The position numbers and the translations under genes were made by a program. From assembly GCF_009914755.1 (NCBI RefSeq), contig NC_060938.1: 64,000 nt of DNA. One strand, 5' to 3'. The notes beneath the pieces are model-generated. The model was given only the letters and a program-made list of their open reading frames with translations. It did not search any database and was not told where the DNA came from. Shown here one piece after another: positions 44,947-58,284 of the stretch (position 1 is its first letter; each line of letters starts with the position of its first letter). The stretch is from the human T2T-CHM13v2.0 reference genome, Homo sapiens.

Positions 44947-45249
44947 AGCGAGGACTGAGTCAGAGAGATGGGGATGGCAGAGGAGACAAAATGTGGTCAG
45001 GGCCGTGTAAGATGTGACCCTGCTGCCATATCTGAAAGAAAGGCTGTTGGTGTTTGTAAAGGCTTTGGGCAAATTGTGCTTTGTAGACAAAACTGTAGAA
45101 GGGTCTGGGTTTAAGCTTAGTGTCAGCGTGATGAGGACTAGAGGTCGCAGTGAGCTTGTGTTAAGAAATCCACCCTGCACTTCTGGCTTTGTCTCTTTCC
45201 TGGTTTTATAGGTGGTGGGTTCCTCTATGGAATGAACGTGGCTCTGTGG

Positions 45250-45425
45250 AAGGAACATAGTTAAGGTCAGACAGACCTAGATTCCAAGTTCAGCTTCAAC
45301 AACTGCTGACCAAGTGACTTTTATGCAAATCAGCCATGTGCTGTCATGAACAGTTTCCTCATGTGTGAAATGGGGCACTGAGGATGTGAAGGGGTGTCCT
45401 GAGGATTCCGCCAGCTGATGCACCA
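45250..45425 (+). mobile_element. MIR fragment
   Basis: gtcagacagacctagattccaag...cagtttcctcatgtgtgaaatgggg is the MIR core. Confidence 0.7.
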
Positions 45426-45733
45426 TGAAGTGTACATACATGTATAGACAGACACACACATACATGAGAAGAGTATCTAGTGCCCCTTTTATGCATTCTT
45501 GAGTAACTCAGAGTGTTATGTGAGATATTGACAGTCATATGTCATTTTCAACTAAAATTATCAATATTTATCTTATAACTAACAGATGCTTCTCTGTACA
45601 CTGTAGGTTTCATGTACATTTCTTCAATCACAAAATTTTTCACCAATCTATTTATGTCTAGTATCAGAAAGTTAAGCAAGGAGATTGCAAACCAACACAA
45701 CACCTTTAGTCTGGATTTTCCCGGAGCCCCATT

Positions 45734-46198
45734 TGTGTTAGTGTCCTCGGGCTACTGTAACAAGTTCTCAAAAATGTGGTAGCTTCAAACAACAGGAATG
45801 GAATCTCTCATAGTTCAGAAGTCCAGATCAGTTTCACTGGGCTAAGATCTTGGAGTCATCAGTTCTGGCTCCTTCTGAAGCTCTAGGGGGCAGTCTGATT
45901 TAGCTCTTCCAGCTTCTGGTGGCTTCTCTCTCCTGGGATGTGGACACATCACTGCAATCTCTGTCTCTGTGTTCACATTGCCTTCTCCACTTCAGTCTAT
46001 GCTAAATGTCTCTCTACCTCTTGGTTTTTTTAGGACACTTGAGTTTGCATTTAAGTCCCAGTTGATTAATCTAAGAATATCTCCCTGTTTCAAGCTCCTT
46101 AATTTACACCTGCAAAAGCTGTTTCCCCAAATGAGATACATGCATAGTCTTCTTGGAATGAAACCTCACTATTTGGGGATGATACTCAGTACTGCACC
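45734..46198 (-). mobile_element. MLT1 (C/D-like) LTR
   Basis: tgtgttagtgtcctcgggctactgtaacaa...ctcttccagcttctggtggc. Confidence 0.8.
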
Positions 46199-46337
46199 AT
46201 TACATAACCAGGTCTCAGTGTTAGTCCTGTACATACATCACAATCTCTCTCTCTCTCTCTCTCCATACACCCTGGCTTCCTCCTTTTCTCAATGTCATAA
46301 ATCTCTTCAATTCCTTAAGTGTATCCAGTGATACCTA

Positions 46338-47183
46338 TGAACAAATAAGTATCTGAGAAAAGTCTCAATCAGTTTAGAAATTTATTTGGTCAAAGTTAAA
46401 GAAATATCAGTGAAACAGCCTCAGGAGGTCTTGAGAACGTGTGTCAAAGGTCGTCGGGCTACAGGTTGGTTTTACACGTTTTAGGGAGACATAAGATATC
46501 AATCAATACGTGTAAGCTGTACATTGCTTTGATATGGAAAGGCAGGACAGCCCGAAGGAGGGGGGATGTTGGGGACTTCCAGGTCATAGGTGGATTCAGA
46601 GATTTCATAGGTGGTTGAAAGCGTTTATCTAATGACCTGTAATCAACACAAGGGAGTTTCTGGGTTTAGAAAAAGGGTTTTTGAGCCAAGGTTGCATCAT
46701 GCAGATGAAGCCTCCAGGTAGCAGGCTTCAGAGAGAATAGATTGTAATTGTTTCTTAGTAGACTTAAAAGGTGCCAAACTCTTAGTTAAATCTCTCTGGG
46801 TCAGGAAAGAGATTTAAAAAGGAATCTCTACAGAATGTAGATTTTTCCCACAAGAACCAGCTTTGCAGAGGCATTTTTAAATACATTAAATAACAATATC
46901 TTGGGGAAAATACTTTGATTTCTCTTAGGACGTGGTATCTGTCACATTGGTATCTTATTGCTATAAAGAGTTTTCTTTGTCAGTCTCAAGGTCTCTGTCT
47001 TCATATTAAAAGCTGGTCAGTTGTGACTGAATTTTAAAGGGAAGAGGGTAAGTTCAGGCATATCCAATCATCCATTCCGATCATGGACTGCATTGTATTT
47101 CAGGTTGATTTTGGTGTGTCCTTGGTTGAGAGGAGGAGTTCATTCAGTTGGTTAGGGAGCTTAGAGTTTCATTTTTGGTTTAC
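46338..47183 (-). mobile_element. MER4-family ERV1 solo LTR
   Basis: gtctcaatcagtttagaaatttattt...cagcctcaggaggtc...gatgaagcctccaggtagcaggcttcagagagaatagattgtaa...tttttggtttac. Confidence 0.8.
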
Positions 47184-48779
47184 CCACCTATGTCCAGGTA
47201 AGAGGGCCCCACACAGGAGGGCTTGCTCAGAACCTGGCTTGCAGGGCTGCTTACAGACCTTCTATGTCTCCTGTTGTCATGCACAAGGAAGGACACAGCC
47301 AATGACAACCCTCAGCCATCCGGGGAGAAGCTGTGTCTGCAGAGGACGGTCATGAGCTGTGAGTCTAGAGACCTGTGATTGTCTTCAGGGGCCTGTGGTC
47401 CTCAGCTTTCATAGGAGTTGTGGGGGCACTGGCTCAAATAGCATCCACCAGGATTCTAATCAGAATATCTCATTCACAGAAGGCAGTGGGTGATATGACA
47501 GCACAGAGGGACTCTGTGGGGCCAGCTGCATGGAGCACTCTGGGAGAGTCACTGGCACCCGTGCTAGACAGATCTTCATTCAACTTCTGGAGCACACGGA
47601 TTTAGATCTCTTTACATCATTTTGAAAGACCATTTATCATTCTGAAGGAAACCACTGTAATTAACTAAGGTAACATCTTTAATAGGTAGAAAGAAAAAAC
47701 TGATTATTTTATTGCCAAGATGATTACAAGAAAAGAAACAAACAAAAATAGCATGAAAGAAAGAGCAACACTAGACTGAGGGCTTTGGGTAAGAGGTTGA
47801 GACTTAGTACTGAATGCCCTGGGCCATCTTCTGTCAAAAGGGAGGGACAATCAGCAAAGGGAAATATGCAGTAGAGGCAAAATCTTGGTTAGTAAAAGAA
47901 TCCTAAGAGAAAACAAGAAGTCTCCTTCCTGAGCATCATGTTGGTGTCGGGAAGATGCACATAATCCCCCCATTGCATGTCTTACACTTTTCAGCAATTA
48001 GGGCTCAGCATGAATTTAGAAGACATCATTCACTTCACAGCACATGGGGACACAGTCAAGGCAGCGGTGAGAGGCAAGGCTGGGCTTTCAGTCTCAGCGC
48101 ACAGAGCAGGTTCCCCACTACTCCGCACCCTGGTGTCTCCTCCCAGATGTTCCACCTCATTCTTGCCTTAAGTGCTCCAAGTTGTTAATGGGACAGTAGC
48201 CCTCTTCCTTTCCCAGGGTTTCTAAGAATTTGGCTCTCTTTTGTGTATTGTGGGGTTTGTTTGCCATCTAGAGGCAGCTTTTTGGCATAGCAACTTACAG
48301 GCTTTTTCTACTTGTGATAGTGAAAATAAATACATAAATAAATTCATCATAAATAATAAATTGACTTAATGCATTGAATCTGTAAAAAAAAATAAGGTCA
48401 GTTTGAGAGCTTAAAAGGAGCCTGATGAGGTTGAAAAGACAAATTACCTTTAGTAAAGAGCAGTTGGAGCAATAGATGATTCTTTAATCAAGGACATTTT
48501 AAGAGTAATCATCAAATGGTAAATAAAACTTGAAATAAGATGATAAAATATAATCTTATATGCAAAAAAAATGTCCAAGAACCAGAGAAATACATTTTCA
48601 GATTAAAACAAACAAAAAATGTGGGTTTATCATCAGATCCGCTAAATGGAAGATGTCTCAAATGTGTGCTTGGAGGAAAAATAACACTTATCCCTATTTG
48701 AAAGTTCAAGATTTTTGAGCTTTAGAAGAAAACAGCTTTCCCTTCACTCTGTTCCACTCAACGCTTCTGAGGATGGCCA

Positions 48780-49882
48780 TGGGGCAAAAAGCCGAGGCGG
48801 CAGGGGCAAAAAGCCGTGGCGGCAGGGGGGCAATAAGCCGCGACGGGCAAAAAGCGGCGTCGGCGGGGGGGCAAGAAGCCGCGGCGGGCAAAAATCCGCG
48901 GAGGCAAAAAGCCTCGGCGCGGAAAAGACCGCGGCAGCGGGGGTGCAAAAAGTCGCGCCTGGCAAAAAGCCGCGGAGGCGTGGGGAACAAGCCGCGGCGG
49001 GCAGAAAGGCTCGGCGGCGGGGGGCAAAAAGCCGCGGCGGGCATAAACCCGAGGAGGCGGGGCGGCAAAAAACCGCGGTGGGGAAAAAGCCGCGGCGGCG
49101 GGGGGGCAAAAAGCTGCGGCGGGGAAAAGGCCACGGCGGCAGGGGGTAAAAAGCCGCGGCGGCGGGGGGGCAAGAAGCCGAGGCGCGCGAAAAGACGCGG
49201 TGGGGGGGGCAAAAAGCCGCGGTGGTGGGGGGGCAAAAATCCGCGGCGACAAAAAGCTGCGGCGGCGGGGGTGAAAAAGCCGGGTCGGGTAAAAAGCCGC
49301 GGCGTCAGAGGGCAAAAAGCCGCGGCGGCGGGGTGCAAAAAACCGCGGTGGGGAAAAAGCCGCGATGGTGGGGGGGCAAAAAGCCGCGGCGGGCAAATAA
49401 GGACGGCACCGGGGGGTGCAAAAAGCCGCGACGGGCAAATAACCGCGACACCGGAGCGGGGCGGGGGGGGGGGCAAAAAGCCGCGGCGGCGGGCGAACAA
49501 AAAGCCGGGGCGGCGGGGGGGCAAAAAGCCGGGTCGGGCAAAAAGCCGCGGCGGACGGGGGGCAAAAAGTCGCGGCCGGCAAAAAGCCGCGGCGTCAGGG
49601 AGGCAAAAAGCCGCGGCGGCGGGGCTGCAAAAAACCGCGGCGGGCAAAAAGCCGGGTCAGGCAAAAAGCCGCGGCGGCGAGGTGAAAAAGCCATGGCGCT
49701 CAGAAAGGCGCGGCGGTGGGGGGGCAAAAAGCCGCGGCAGGCATAAACCCGAGGCGGCGTGGGGGGCAAAAAACCGCGGTGGGGAAAAATCCGTGGCGGC
49801 GGGCGGCAAAAAGCCGTGGCGGCGGGGGGGCAAAAAGCCGCGGTGGAGAGGGGGCAAAAATCCGCGACGACGCGGGGCAAAA
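48780..49882 (+). repeat. CpG-rich degenerate tandem array (GGGGGCAAAAAGCCGCGGCGGC)n, the GCTTTTTGC/CAAAAAGC pericentromeric repeat class
   Basis: About 1.1 kb of 16-24-bp units, each with an A4-6 tract and a GCCGCGGC core. Very few T on the + strand. Sharp borders with AT-rich flanks. Confidence 0.95.
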
Positions 49883-52239
49883 TAGTGGATCTGGTGTAGA
49901 AGGCCGGCACAGCTTGGCATTGCTGGAGTGTGATGAGATAGGAAATGTGCAGCGAAAGACAAAAAAAGATGTAAGTAGGCTTGACTCATTGCAGCTAAGA
50001 ACCCAGATGTTATCTTGAGGGTTTTAACTAATAAGCAGTTTAAATCAGAATGGCACATTCTGATTTTTTTTTATATGTTCACATTTGGCAGGCATAGATA
50101 CTGTTTGAAAAGAGAAAAGTCAGTAGATAGAGGTAACAAATATGTGCCGAGTCTAGAAACAAGAGACTAGGGAGATAAGGACCTTTGGAAATAAAATGCA
50201 AGATTTGAAAACTGGCTGGGGGATGAGGAAAAGGCAGGTCTTTAAGGTCAATCCCTGTTTTGCTTTAAGTTGTTAGGGGGTGGTTTTACCACATATTGTA
50301 GAATACATCATTTCAGTTTTGAGCATCTTGAGTTAAATTGTCCTAACATATCTCATGAATTTGATTTTCTTCCCTGGGAAGCTAATATTTCAAAAACTTA
50401 AAGAGTATATAGGTTTCCAACTGGTATCCAATTTATAAAACTATCTCTAGGCTGCTGATTTCAGGAGGAGGCTCATGAATATTCTATTTGCAGAGAATAT
50501 ATCAGGAGTTAACATCAGCGTCAATATTTGTGGATGACCAGTTAACTAAACCACCTCTAAGTGTATTTAGATGGGAAATCTTAGCTGAAGATATTCAATA
50601 ATGAACCAACAGTGACTAAAAAATTCAATATTGAAGTATATTTCATTGTAATTAATTTGAATTGAAGTAGCCATATACAGCTAGTATTTACTACATTCAA
50701 CAATGCAAATAAGAGGAAAAAAGAACCATCTCTAATACCACATGCCAAAATCCTCATCAATTTATTCTAGCTAAAGGAGTTGATCAGAAGCAGCAGTTGA
50801 AAGCACCAACTAAACCAGCTGGGGTTAGTTCACTGTCATTCTCTCAGAACCATCTCTTCTCGGAACAAAACAAGTACAAGAGTTCATTGTGAATCTGTAT
50901 TCTCCTTGCCTATTTTAAGGTTTTGATGTTGACGCTAATTTGTGAAATCCCTCCTGTGGTGTGATATTTCGTTTTCCTTGCTTTCTGTTAGGAGAAGAAT
51001 GCTTCAGCTCTTAATTTAAAATTATGTTTCTCCCTCCTAGGTTGAGTGAACTTAGAATGCATTCTCTGACATATCCAAGTTTTTCTTAATGTGAATTTGG
51101 GGAAAAAGCATAGTTAATTAGCTGAGACTTCTTATTCTAGGCTTGACCCTGTGTTCGACATCTATTGAATTTGTAGTTGCATGGGCTGCTCTCTGACACT
51201 GGTTACTGACCTGGAAGCTATATTAACGTTAGGGGAGGTGGTGTATGAGCATTAGAGGTATCCTTGCAAGGAAAGACTTGTCTTATCTCAATACGTCTTT
51301 TTTTTTGCACACAAGAAAGTCAATGTTTGAGTCTTCTAAAATCTTCCTATTTCCAAGTTGCAGAGTACCATTGATTCCTAAACAAAGACCTAATTTTTGA
51401 CTCAGAGACGTGGCAAGGTAGTGAATCACCATTATAATTTAACAATCTTCAAGATAAAATTATCTCTCTGATATTTAGATTTTGCCCAATTATGAAGATA
51501 TTTGGGTGTTTCGTTAAGAATGGAAGATTCTAGTCTCTTGAGCAGAGACTATAAAGACCTCAGATGATCATTTTTAATTTTATGCTCTTTTCTTTAACAC
51601 CTTCAACACAGTTGGAAGCAGCTGATATTCCCCAGAGTTGTTGTGTTTTTTAAACCAAATGCATGGTTCAGTGGTAGAAAACTGGGCTGACCCAAGCTGT
51701 TTTCAGTAAACACTTCATTTCAGGTGACCTATTTCATATTAAATAATCTCTAGATCCTGTCTTCCAAACTAACTAGATCAGATAACCTACCCTGGATTTT
51801 CTCCTTTTAGGGTCTGTGAGCTGCAGTCACTTTTGTGAAAATGATTGCAATGACAAGATAGAGTTGTAGATGGGGAAAATGTTTTGACTAATTTAAGCAT
51901 AGTGGTATTTCATATGAGAATTTAAGTTATGCACATTTGAAAATTATAATGGAGTCTCTTGGCTGAGCTTTAAAAAAAATAGCATTTAGGCTAAACAGGG
52001 AACTGCTACCTCTCCTAAAATCAGAAAGATGTTACAGTAATTCTCCATTCTCTAGAATTATCAGGAAGCACCTTTGTGATGATTTACTTTTGGTCTTGGG
52101 AGTGTGAGCCCGTGTAGTCTTGGAACCATCAATTAGAATGATGGCTTTCTGATCCCAAAGTCATTCGTTCTGAAAACAATATTTTTCATAAATTTGAAAG
52201 TGAGAAGTTTTGATCTTGCCATTCCCAAGTAACTCTCTT

Positions 52240-53060
52240 AATAAGAGGTATCAGCATGCTTCAGTGACAGCTGTCACCTTCCAGTGCTGAGAGTCATCTT
52301 TGAGTTCTCCATTTCACTCCCTACACTCCAATTTAGCTGCAGTTCTCTTGGCCAGTCCTCTGAAATACATCCATGGCCTAACGACTTCTCACCACTAATA
52401 CCACTCATCCTGACAGCATTCTCACCTAAGTCACTACCTTTTTTCTCTGGATTACAATAGCCTTCCAATTTATTTGCTCACATAACCTCTTTATTCTACA
52501 CACTGCACCAGATACACCCCATTGAAATGCAAACACAATCATGTTATTCTCTGGTGAAAGTATCTCATATATTCCTATTGCATTTAAAATTAATTCAGAA
52601 TAATCCCATGATTATCAAAACCCTACGTGCTCTTCCACAACATGGTTTACTTCCAAGATATCTCTTCAACTCTTTTTTCACTGTACTGAATTGGTGACTA
52701 ATAGTCATATTTTTGTTTTTGCTCAAAAAGTCTTGACTTCTAAATTTTTCAGTTTCTCCTTTATCCACAGGTAACTCTTTCCTCATAAGGCGAATTGCTT
52801 GCTTCCTTGAGATCTGCTCTCAAAGATACCCTTCATTTTCTACCTAATATTAATAACTTTAATCATTCATTATTCCATTACTATGCTCTATAGTGTATAC
52901 AATTTCTGTTCTTTGTCATGTTATTAACTAAATTATTTATTTGTTCCAGTAACGTATTCCATAAATATTATACACATAAAAATTGTTATTTTTATTGCTG
53001 TATGCTCAGCTGCCCAATAACAGTCTGAGGATTAACATATTTGTTAAATGCACAAATACG
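52240..53060 (+). mobile_element. L2 fragment
   Basis: gagtcatctttgagttctcc...tctggattacaatagcct...catatttgttaaatg. Confidence 0.55.
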
Positions 53061-53384
53061 TTCTTTCATAAATATTAGTTTAATAATTTTATATTAAACT
53101 CCCTCTATATTTACAATATGAATTAGATAATTCAGAATAAACATTCCAGTGGAAAAAACTAAACAATTTGTTATAAAACATCCTTAAAAGCATCAGAAAG
53201 TTAATACAGCAATGAAGAATTACAGGACCAAATTAAGAATGGTATGGAAGCCTGTTTGTGAGGCTTATGTTTGGGTAATCTCTTTACTTAGAGTGACTGT
53301 AAATCTCAAAAGAGGATTAAACGGAGAAATAACCATATCAACTCACATGGTAAGGGTATTTAAACAACTCTTAGTAATGGAGAA

Positions 53385-53530
53385 AATTGAAAGAAAAGAA
53401 AAAAGAGAAAGGGAGAAAGAGAAACACAGCGAAAGGGATAATGAAGGAGAGAAAGAAGAAGAGAAAGGAAGAGGAAGAAAAGTAAAGAGGAGGAGGGAGA
53501 GGGAAGAAGAAAGGTGAAAAGAAAGAATGC
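53385..53530. repeat. GA-rich low-complexity tract
   Basis: Almost pure purine run on the + strand. Confidence 0.9.
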
Positions 53531-55123
53531 TAAAGTTTTCAACAACATAATTTATCCTAGAATATGAATGTTGGTCTATTTGATGATGTCCCACAGATTC
53601 CTTAGTCTCTGCTCATTTTTTATCTGTTTCTCAGAGTCAATATTTTCCATTTTCTTATCTTCAAGCTCATGACTTCTTCTGTGTGTGCAAATATACTCTT
53701 AAATCCCTCTGGTGATTTTGAAATTTTTATCGTTGTAGTTTTCCATTCCAGAATTTCTGCTATCTCTGTTGATATTCCTACATTTTAATATTTTTTCTGA
53801 ATCCTTTATTTCTTTGTTTATGTTTTCCTTGTGACATTTGAGTATAATTAAGAGAGTTGTTTTAAAGTCTTTGTCTAGTAATTTTGAAGTCTGGGTTTCC
53901 TTAGAGATATTCTCTGTCAGTTTGTTTTGTTCCTTTGAATGAGCCATACTTTCCCATTCTTTGTATGCCTTGGAACATTTTTTGAAAACTGGGCATTATA
54001 ATAATTATAATTACTATGTGGTTACTCTGTAAATCAGACCCCCCCACACAAACACAGTAATGTTTTGGGGTTTTAAATTTTCTTTACTTATTATATTGTT
54101 AAGGATTTTTTTTTTACTGAAATTTTCCAAAGTGATTTACAAAACTGTTTGCTTTATAAGGTGTGGTCACCGAAGTCTTTTTTTTTCCTTGACAAATGTT
54201 AAGCTAATGTTTTGACAGTGATTTTCTTGTATGTCAGGAACTAAGCAAACAGGCAAATACAACAAAAACAAAAAGAAAAACAAGTAATCATTATCCAGCA
54301 AAATATGTCTCTAGGCCATGCAGACTGGCTTCGTGCTGGGTTCTTTAAAGCCGAAACAAAGTGTGTGTTCACTCTTGCACTGAGTGAAGTTCAAGTTCAC
54401 TCTTGCACAGAGCTTGCACTGAGGAGAGGGATCCGCCAAGGTAAAAGTGTAGGGTCTTCTTATGACATTTGTCAGCATGTGGCTTAACCTATGCATACAT
54501 GTGACTTCCTAGACTCTCTCGTGTACGTGAATGATTTTGAATGTCTTAGTTTTCTAAATACTCTTCTCCAACTTTTCTTCCTGTGCTGAAGGTGATCTAC
54601 TATATGTGTAAGCTCTAATTTTTGCCCTAAGCATCTGTGGTTTGTTAGGTCTCCTTGCAGAGTTTCTTGATAATGTCCATTCCTTATCTGTTCTGTATTC
54701 TAGCAACACAGAAAAAACAAAAGCCTTTCATGAGTCCTTTAGGTATCCCCCAGACCAGTCAGAACAGACACATAGTAATTTGTTGGTAAGATCTTCTCTT
54801 GTTCCTTTGGATCATGGACCAGGGTTCCTCACTGGGAACGTGGGCTTCTGACACTTCAAAACTGCCAATTTGCTGCTGCAAAGGCAAGCTAAAAATGTCA
54901 TAAAGTTTTCAAATTGTCTTTTTCTTGAGTCTGCTTTCACTTGGTTGTTGTAATCTTTTGACCATTTTCTAGAGTTTTGGCAAAGTTTATTCGGACAGTT
55001 TCTCTTAGTTGTGTGATGTTTCTATGGGGAAATGAAAGATTGCAGCTGTCTCCACTGCCGTTTTGCTGATGCTCCTCTTTTGTCAATTTTTTCTTCATGT
55101 TATTATGCTTTGTTATTAGTTCA

Positions 55124-55522
55124 TGTATTAGTTTTCTAGGGCTCCCATAACCAACTAACACAAACTGGGTGCCTTGAACAACATACATTTATAGTCTTAT
55201 AGTCCTGGAAGCTAAAAGTCTGAGATTGAGGTGTCAGCAGGGATGGTCCCTTCAAGGGCTATGAGAGAAAGTCTGTTCTGTGCCTTGTTTCTTGCTTCTG
55301 GTGGTTTAGTGGCAGTCTTTGCCCTTCCTTGGCTAATCTCTGCCCTCATAATCACATGGTACTCTCCCTGTGTGTATGTCTCCCTCTACTCAATTTTTTT
55401 TTATAAGGACATCAGTCATATTGAATTCAGGCTCATCTGATTTTATCTTAACTTAATCACCTGCAAAGAACCTATTTTCTAATGAGGTCATTTTCAGTGG
55501 TTAGGATTTCAGCATCTATATA
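55124..55522 (-). mobile_element. MLT1 (A/B-like) LTR
   Basis: tgtattagttttctagggct...tcctggaagctaaaagtctgagattgaggtgtcagcaggg. Confidence 0.85.
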
Positions 55523-56208
55523 GAGGAAACAATTTAGCTCCTATCTGTGCATACATGATTGTAATAGCTATGTCTTCCGAAAGCGTTGACCCTCTTATTA
55601 CTACAATATAAATTTTTAAAATCCTATTCACATTTTAATAGTCTACCTCGTGTGTTATGAGTATAATGAGTTCAGTTTTCTTATGATTGCTCTTTGCATG
55701 ATATTTTTTGTCATCTTTTTACTTTCAATCCATTAGTATCCTTGCATCTCTGGGTATATTGGGATCACTTGTTTTAATCCAGTCTGACAATCTCTGCCTC
55801 TTGAAGGGATTTTAATCTGCTCACATTTAATATTATAATTGGTATAATTCTATTTATGTCTGCCATTTTACCGTTTGTTGTGTATATTTCTCAAATATTT
55901 TTCTTTATTTTGCAATGAATGAATATTTTCTAAAATAGGGAACTCTAGATTACTAATGAATTATTTTACTATATATTTTTGAGAATTTTTGTGGTTGTTG
56001 TAAGTTTACCATATAGGTATATGGAAAATTAGTTATTCAAATCATCTTCCAATTTATACCAGTAAACTTTTAGTAATACATAGAAACATCATTCTTATAC
56101 AAATCTCTTTTATTTCCTCCATTTTAAAGTATTATCACTTTACACGTTACATCTATTAACGTTACAAAGCCAACAATATATTTTAGTAATTATTGCTTTA
56201 CCATCTAG

Positions 56209-56629
<421 letters not shown>

Positions 56630-57009
56630 GTTATATGCATATTATTTTATAAACAATTTATGATAAAGAGAAAACATGAATTTCTACTGTTTTTATAATG
56701 TTAATATTACCTATACCAGTACTTTTTTAAAAATGTGGATTCAAATGACTGGCTTGTGTAACTTGCTTTTAGCCTTAGGAATTTATTTTAGAGTTTTTTT
56801 TTTATATGGTAGGTCTGCCAGCAACAACTTCAGTTAATATTTCTGTTTATCTGGGTAAGTCTTTGTGTTATCTTCATTGTTGAAAAATAATTGCTGGATA
56901 AGGAATTCATGGCTGACAGTTTTTTTTCCTTTGCATCTTTTGAATATATTTTTCTACTGCCTCTTGTCTTCCATTGTTTCTCTTAAGTCAGCTGTTAATC
57001 TTACAAAAC

Positions 57010-57465
57010 ATAGGTGCTCAAAAAATAAACATGTGCATGAATATTTACAGCATTAATATTCATACAGTCAAAAAGTGGAAACAATCCATATGCTTGTTGA
57101 GTCATAAATGGACACCCAATTTTCAGCTATAAAAAAGAATGAAGTACTTATATATGGTATAATATGGGTGAAATTTGAAAGCATTATGTTAAGTGCACAA
57201 AAGGACAAATATTACTTGATTTTATTCACATGAAACATCAGGAATTGGCAAATCAATTGGGATATAAATCAGTTTAGTGGTCGTTAGGGCTCAGGGAAGC
57301 AGAATAAGGTGTAATAACTTTATGCCTAATGGGTTTTTGGAAGGGACATGATGAAATTGCCCTGGAACATTGTGAATATACTAAAAACAAGTGCATTGTA
57401 TGCTTTAAAATGGTTAAGTTATTAATTTTATATTTTGTGATTTTTACCTTAAAAAACAAAAAAGA
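57010..57465 (+). mobile_element. L1MB/ME 3' end
   Basis: aaaaagtggaaacaatcc...aaaaagaatgaagtac...gctttaaaatggttaa, then an A-rich tail. Confidence 0.75.
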
Positions 57466-58284
57466 GAAAATAGCCTTACTCTCTACATAATAAACTCAAG
57501 ATATCTTACAAATTTATGTGAAATCCAAAATACTATCATATTTAAGGAATAGCTAAGTAGAATAACACTGAAATTTAACATAATGAAACATTTCCTTAAA
57601 AAAGAAAAAAGCACAGTAATTAAAAAGGGAAATATATTTAATATTTTTTCTCTCCATTAAGCATGCCATTAACTGAGTAAAAAATCAAACTGCAATTATG
57701 TAAACTACATTTTCTAAAACCACAAAGAAAATAAGAAATGAAAAGGGATTTGGGAAAAAAATCCAAAGGTACAGTCAACTACACAAAAAAAGCTTAGTCT
57801 CATTAATCATTATGAAAATGCAAATGGTAACTGAAAGAAGATAAAACTACAATTCAAAGAGAAAGCCTAAAATTTCAACCCTCAAAAACCTCTGGGTTTT
57901 GGTGATCTGGGATGGAATAGGGTTCCTAACCTGACAACAATGGAAGAACCAAACTAACTTCAAAGTCATGACTTTATTTTTATAGCAACCAGGTTGCCAA
58001 GAACTGAGTCAAAATATGAGGGAAAACAAGCAACTTCAAGGAGAAAGAGGACAGATGAACTTACATAGGACAGATGCAAATACCACTATGACAAGTAAAG
58101 CTGGAATAATCAATAAATTCCTAAAGACAAAGTGGGGCTGGTGAGATTGGGAGACCGCTGACAGCTGCAGAAGTTTGGAAAGATCCATCATCTTGAAAAC
58201 TTTTTCCCCACAAACCCACTGCGATCTCTCAAGCAATTGGTAAGGAATCCAAGAGAGTCTGTATATGACACAGATCAGGGAGAG

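Noticed and set aside
43500-49882. CRISPR-like interpretation of the ~30-bp or ~22-bp repeats
   Set aside because: Units are contiguous without unique spacers, there are no cas genes, and the context is primate DNA.
48706-50058. Minus-strand Pro/Arg/Phe-rich ORFs of 121-313 aa and other + frames over the GC array
   Set aside because: Repeat by-products, open in most frames, with no domain similarity. Only the ATG-initiated + frame is kept as a hypothesis.
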